From IMG/VR virus record IMGVR_UViG_3300049049_000146, positions 227,216 through 291,215 of that record: 64,000 nucleotides of DNA; one strand, written 5' to 3'. The translations under genes and the position numbers were made by a program. The stretch comes from a virus (lineage: Duplodnaviria > Heunggongvirae > Uroviricota > Caudoviricetes). The notes under the pieces are model-generated. The model saw nothing but the letters and a program-made list of their open reading frames with translations, searched no databases and had not been told where the DNA came from. Shown one piece after another: positions 59,923 to 64,000 of the stretch; position 1 is the first letter of the stretch; each line of letters opens with the position of its first letter.

Positions 59923-60936
59923 TCACATCAGTGCGCGACCATCGTCCTCGTAGATCGAGAAATGCGAAATGTAAGCCTCGTAAACGACGTAGGAGCTTGC
60001 GTTGTAGCAATAGAAGCCCACGTCATCCATCACGAGGCTGTTCCACGCGGCGGGCTGCCAAATAGCACCCTGGCTGGAGCTAAGCTGACCTCCCGTCTGC
60101 ATGCTCGCGTAAGATTCGATTCCATACAGCTGCCAGACGGCAGGGTTTTCACCGTTGGGCCGACGTACACGTAGCCTAAACCTATCCGGCCCACGGTTGA
60201 AATTGGCTGTGGAGGGGCTGTCGCTAGAGCAAAGCTGGTTGCTTGACGTCGTGTGCTGATTTGAAACTACGGTACCGATAGGGGTACTGGCAGACGAAAC
60301 GAGACGTCGGACATTCACGCCGTTCATGTTCGTGCCGCCAGTGATGTCGGCGAAAGGAAATACACCATACGTAACGCCGGAATTGATCGCGGCGCTGATG
60401 AACGTGATGTCGATGATGTAATTGACCGGCATCGGCGAAGGAAGATCGAGAATGCGCCAGAACCAACCGCCAGCCAGGGCGAGTGTGGGATTTCCTGGGT
60501 CTGGGGTACCAGTGTGAGGCACCTGAATACGCAGTACGTTGGATGTATGCCAAGGGTAGGGCGAGGCAACTACACTGAGCGTGGGCGCTCCGTACGGACC
60601 GCCGCCTAGGTCATTCCTGAAACCGTGAGGCGATGCTGCAAACTGCGTCGTGTCCGTGCCGTTCCATTCCCACGCCAGCTTGTGAGCGCCTGATGAGCCA
60701 TCGATCTGGGTCCACGTCGGCGCCGTGTGGTCCTGGAGGATGAAGAATTGGTACGGTGCAGCACTGCCTACCCGAGCCACACGCCCCACATCAGCCGCCA
60801 GAAACGTAACGGCGCCAAGAACCGCATCAGTTCCGGCGAGCATCGCCGCTGTGTCCACGAATGTGTAGTAGTGGACTACGTGAGCGCCCGCGTCTGGGTC
60901 GGAGGAAACAGGCTTGATGTCCTTGTGTAGAATCAT
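59923..60936 (-). CDS. Putative fibre/receptor-binding protein, 337 aa
   Basis: N-terminal LHKD...HVVH...DVGRVAR...TW attachment-like module plus lectin-like beta C-terminus. Confidence 0.55.
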   Translation of the reverse strand: MILHKDIKPVSSDPDAGAHVVHYYTFVDTAAMLAGTDAVLGAVTFLAADVGRVARVGSAAPYQFFILQDHTAPTWTQIDGSSGAHKLAWEWNGTDTTQFAASPHGFRNDLGGGPYGAPTLSVVASPYPWHTSNVLRIQVPHTGTPDPGNPTLALAGGWFWRILDLPSPMPVNYIIDITFISAAINSGVTYGVFPFADITGGTNMNGVNVRRLVSSASTPIGTVVSNQHTTSSNQLCSSDSPSTANFNRGPDRFRLRVRRPNGENPAVWQLYGIESYASMQTGGQLSSSQGAIWQPAAWNSLVMDDVGFYCYNASSYVVYEAYISHFSIYEDDGRALM

Positions 60937-62510
60937 TACGCACCACCGTCCTCTACGGGATCAGTACCGTCGAATACATCATCAAGAGCCATGCTGTCTT
61001 CAACCATCGCCATCATGGTAGCAACGTCAAAGGCAGAAAACCCCGCGGTCACAGTCGTAGGCATCGTGAGGTCAATGGACGTCATCGACGCAGTCAACAA
61101 TGTAGCGGCGGGTGAAGTAAAACAGCATTCGAGGTCCGCGAAGAGTGAGGTCTCCGGAACCATCGTGTCGAGACAATGGCCGCCATCAAAACGATCTACG
61201 AGAGGCGTACCAATCCAGCCATCAGAAAGAGGGTCAGCTTCCTCGACGTTGTCTAGAGGAATGCCAGAGTCGAATGGCAGAGCACCAACGTAGCGAACCG
61301 AAATGGACCCCGCAGGAAGTCCCGAGGGTAGAACGAGATAACTCGTGCCGCTCACCAACGAGGCAGAAATGATCGTTGTTGGCGCACCAACTGTAGTCAC
61401 GAGAATCAACGAGTAAGGATTCTGTGATAGTGAAGCGTACGCAGCACCAACAATACCTGTTACCGCGCCAGTAGCGTCAACAGTGAATGCTCCCGCAGCA
61501 AGCACCTCAGCGAATACATCACGACTGTCCAGGCGAGGGCGGCCGAGCGCCGATTCGACGACGACATCGAATGGGTAGCGCCACATGCAGAACGCAAGCT
61601 CAGCCTCGATCGTCAGAGCCACAGAAACAACGATCGGGAGACAGTCCTGAGTTAACAGGCTCGTGATGCTGCACGCGTCGGTCTCGAAATCGAACCCATG
61701 AGACTCGGTCCTACCAAGGTAGGACAAAGAGACCTTCTCGTCGGAAACGGACTTCAACTCGGCAATGTCGTAGCCGAGGTTGTCCATGAGCTTGATGAAC
61801 GCCGCCCAGGTACCAATACAGATATTTGGTGTCCAGACGTGAAACTCGAAACCGCCTTCGTCGTGCGCACCCGAAAACACCGGGTACACTGAAGGCTCGT
61901 ACGTAAACAGATCGACAGTAGTCGGAACCACGAGCGGAGTCGTGTGCGACGCAGCAGCCACGATGTCGTCAACACCGCGTGTCGAGCCAGACTCGTTAAT
62001 CAGCGCGCGAACCGCCATCTTCCCTGCCAACGAACGCATCGAGCGTGTCGGCGGGAGATACTGCTGGAAGTCAATTTGATGCTCGACGCTGCGTAAGGAG
62101 AGTTCGCTGTTCAACTGGTTTTCAGCATCATCGAACTTCACTCCAACATTGAAGAAGTAATCCTCAGCGTACCCCTTCAGAATGGTTGCGTAGTTCGCCG
62201 AAACGACCAGAAGGAGCGCGCTCCCTGCAGCCGAACGAACGTAGATGAAGTTCTTCTTGCTGTGCTGAAGCCTAATTCCAACCTGTTCGGCTTGCGACGT
62301 AAGCGTAATGCTCGTCACAAACGCATCGTTCAGGTAGATCTGAACAACGTCGCCAACATTTCCTTCAATGATGAATGGAGTGGGGTCGAAGCTGTTAGGG
62401 ACAATTACGTCAGCGCGGTGCCACTGATTTCCCGCAGGAATGCTAGCAAGAAGCTCAGCATAGAGCGTCTCGTAAGCAGTCGTTACGGGAATGATGCGCA
62501 GTGCTGCCAT
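60936..62510 (-). CDS. Baseplate wedge protein (gpI-like), 524 aa
   Basis: LINESGSTRGVDDIV pattern; follows the baseplate J-like gene. Confidence 0.55.
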   Translation of the reverse strand: MAALRIIPVTTAYETLYAELLASIPAGNQWHRADVIVPNSFDPTPFIIEGNVGDVVQIYLNDAFVTSITLTSQAEQVGIRLQHSKKNFIYVRSAAGSALLLVVSANYATILKGYAEDYFFNVGVKFDDAENQLNSELSLRSVEHQIDFQQYLPPTRSMRSLAGKMAVRALINESGSTRGVDDIVAAASHTTPLVVPTTVDLFTYEPSVYPVFSGAHDEGGFEFHVWTPNICIGTWAAFIKLMDNLGYDIAELKSVSDEKVSLSYLGRTESHGFDFETDACSITSLLTQDCLPIVVSVALTIEAELAFCMWRYPFDVVVESALGRPRLDSRDVFAEVLAAGAFTVDATGAVTGIVGAAYASLSQNPYSLILVTTVGAPTTIISASLVSGTSYLVLPSGLPAGSISVRYVGALPFDSGIPLDNVEEADPLSDGWIGTPLVDRFDGGHCLDTMVPETSLFADLECCFTSPAATLLTASMTSIDLTMPTTVTAGFSAFDVATMMAMVEDSMALDDVFDGTDPVEDGGA

Positions 62511-62513
62511 GAG

Positions 62514-63011
62514 TTATCCCTGACGGGGACCGAGAGAAAGCTGCGAACGCCTCTCAAAGAAGTACACGAGAATTTCGATGTCGTTCGCTGTTGAAGCCAG
62601 AAGGTCCTCAAGACCCATCGTCAAGTAACCTTCAGTGCGCATTACATCAGCAAGGGCGCGGAACTTTCGACTAAGCGAACGAAGCTCAGTGTAGAACCAC
62701 GTAGCCGTAGCATTCGCGTCTTCTAGTGCAGATTCGAGCGGCGGCCCCAACTGCATCGTTCGTTCGTACACATACATGGCCTGTTCGACCAGCGACACGT
62801 TCTCACGATCGTTGAATTCGGAAAAAGCAGTCAGCCGCTCAGCAAGCTCATCGAGAAGGTCATTGAGTTTCTCGTAAACACGCTTGTAGAGTTCGTGGTC
62901 TGAGTACGCAGTCGGACCAAACACCCGCCAATGCGCAACCTGCGAAGCCATCGAAAAGAAACGAAGCTCCCATACAAGGTGCGAAAGACGCATCAAGTTA
63001 GGCTGGCTCAT
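62514..63011 (-). CDS. dps: Dps/ferritin-like protein, 165 aa
   Basis: AHWRVFGPTAYSDHELYKRVYEKLNDLLDELAERL matches the Dps HW...H...D..AER ferroxidase signature; AGGAG SD. Confidence 0.8.
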   Translation of the reverse strand: MSQPNLMRLSHLVWELRFFSMASQVAHWRVFGPTAYSDHELYKRVYEKLNDLLDELAERLTAFSEFNDRENVSLVEQAMYVYERTMQLGPPLESALEDANATATWFYTELRSLSRKFRALADVMRTEGYLTMGLEDLLASTANDIEILVYFFERRSQLSLGPRQG

Positions 63012-63214
63012 CGCGGTACGCTCCTAGGAGGAATCATCACAGACTTGCTGGGGTTGCCGGGCGTATCCTCAGCGCCGACACCGACCTCGAAGTCTGGGCG
63101 CTCCTTCTGCTTCGCACCCTGATCGTTCTTGGGCCCGGTGTATACTTCCTGCTCGTCGGTCACCGGAGTTGCGACGCGATCGAAATCAAGGAAACGATGG
63201 GCTCTCTTTCTCAT
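63008..63214 (-). CDS. Hypothetical protein, 68 aa
   Basis: ATGA overlaps at both ends. Confidence 0.6.
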   Translation of the reverse strand: MRKRAHRFLDFDRVATPVTDEQEVYTGPKNDQGAKQKERPDFEVGVGAEDTPGNPSKSVMIPPRSVPR

Positions 63215-63999
63215 CGGCGCACCTGGATAGTGATTAGATCGTCGCGGCTTTCTGGGTACTCGTACGGCTTGAACTCAACGGTCTCTACAGGAATAGTTCC
63301 GGTGAGATCTCGCGTAAATTCAAGGATAGAGATATTCGAGATGCCCGCTACATCAGCAGAAACCTTGGTTCTGAGGTCGTTTGCAGACAGAACCGTCTTG
63401 AATTGATTGCTGTTCAGGAACGAAGAAACCGAAGAGAACGCTGAAGCTGCAGCGTCGGTCTCATCGAAAGAGCTAAGAACCTGAACAAGAATGGTTGTCC
63501 TGATTGCAACAGGTACAGCCTTACGAACCAAAATGTCCGCACGGTACAGCTGGACGGCGATACGATCAGCGTAGTCCTGAACATCACGAATCAGTTTGTC
63601 GTACGCGTACGAAATCGTAACGGTAGAGTTCAATGGCGGGATCGAGTCGAGAATCACCCGGTCATTCGCCTGCGTCGACGTTCGGTACTGCTCCGTAGTG
63701 TCAGGCACGAACGAGAAAGAGACAGAGCTTCCGTCAACCTGCACACCACTCACCGACAAAGCAGGAGACAGCGGAAGCCTGAATTCACGGCGAAGACCAT
63801 CACCTACGTAAGTGATGTCCGTCGTCTCTTCCTTCGAGCCGATGATGTAGATATCCCAGGCGGATCGACGCGTACGACGACGGAAATACTCGTAGTCAGA
63901 ACTGAAGATCATCGCAACGTCGTCGATCGACGATGCGTCGAAGTTACGAATCAGCTGCTGAAGACCCGCACCCGAACCAAGCGCAAGGCCATTGAACTT
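63211..63999 (-). CDS. Baseplate J-like wedge protein, C-terminal part (runs off window end)
   Basis: Frame stays open upstream of 63912 to the window edge (KFNGLALGSGAGLQQLIRNFD...DDVAM...AWDIYIIG...ADILVRKAVPV...KPYEYP). Confidence 0.7.
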   Translation of the reverse strand, partial: KFNGLALGSGAGLQQLIRNFDASSIDDVAMIFSSDYEYFRRRTRRSAWDIYIIGSKEETTDITYVGDGLRREFRLPLSPALSVSGVQVDGSSVSFSFVPDTTEQYRTSTQANDRVILDSIPPLNSTVTISYAYDKLIRDVQDYADRIAVQLYRADILVRKAVPVAIRTTILVQVLSSFDETDAAASAFSSVSSFLNSNQFKTVLSANDLRTKVSADVAGISNISILEFTRDLTGTIPVETVEFKPYEYPESRDDLITIQVRR

Positions 64000-64000
64000 A

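Noticed and set aside
1-64000. Stop-codon reassignment, as in some large phages
   Set aside because: Genes are full length and densely packed under the standard code; TAG, TGA and TAA all end genes at sensible boundaries.
1-64000. CRISPR array, diversity-generating retroelement, IS element
   Set aside because: No regularly spaced repeats, reverse transcriptase, transposase or template/variable repeat pair was seen by eye; intergenic gaps are too short. A self-dotplot would be needed to exclude short repeats fully.

Overview
This 64 kb window is a segment of a large lytic, contractile-tailed (jumbo-type) bacteriophage genome, moderately GC-rich, with every credible gene on the minus strand. 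In transcription order (right to left) it carries a baseplate J-like gene, a Dps/ferritin-like gene, about 30 kb of baseplate, fibre and membrane genes, and a SWIM zinc-finger gene. Next come a 1389-aa SNF2 ATPase, a family A DNA polymerase fused to a UDG-family domain, and type IIA topoisomerase B and A subunits separated by a matrixin protease and two tRNAs (Thr-UGU, Arg-UCU). These are followed by a P-loop kinase, an amidase endolysin, a secreted lytic transglycosylase, a tail-completion-like gene and an orphan DNA methyltransferase. The window ends with a large tail sheath, a tail tube, a G/GT tail chaperone pair with a clear -1 frameshift site, and the start of the tape measure gene. The most interesting unexplained signals are: (i) a short amphipathic 'L-x-R/K-I/L/V-A' helix plus K/R-x-A motif recurring in about a dozen unrelated proteins, including the SNF2 and SWIM proteins, which may be a capsid-loading and processing tag for injected cargo; (ii) a recurring intergenic TTATCT motif, a candidate late promoter; (iii) a hairpin locking the endolysin start with a similar motif in its loop; (iv) a UDG-PolA fusion with an altered base-recognition residue; (v) a tRNA that overlaps the stop codon of its upstream gene. 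All calls come from reading motifs by eye; no database searches or computations were run.
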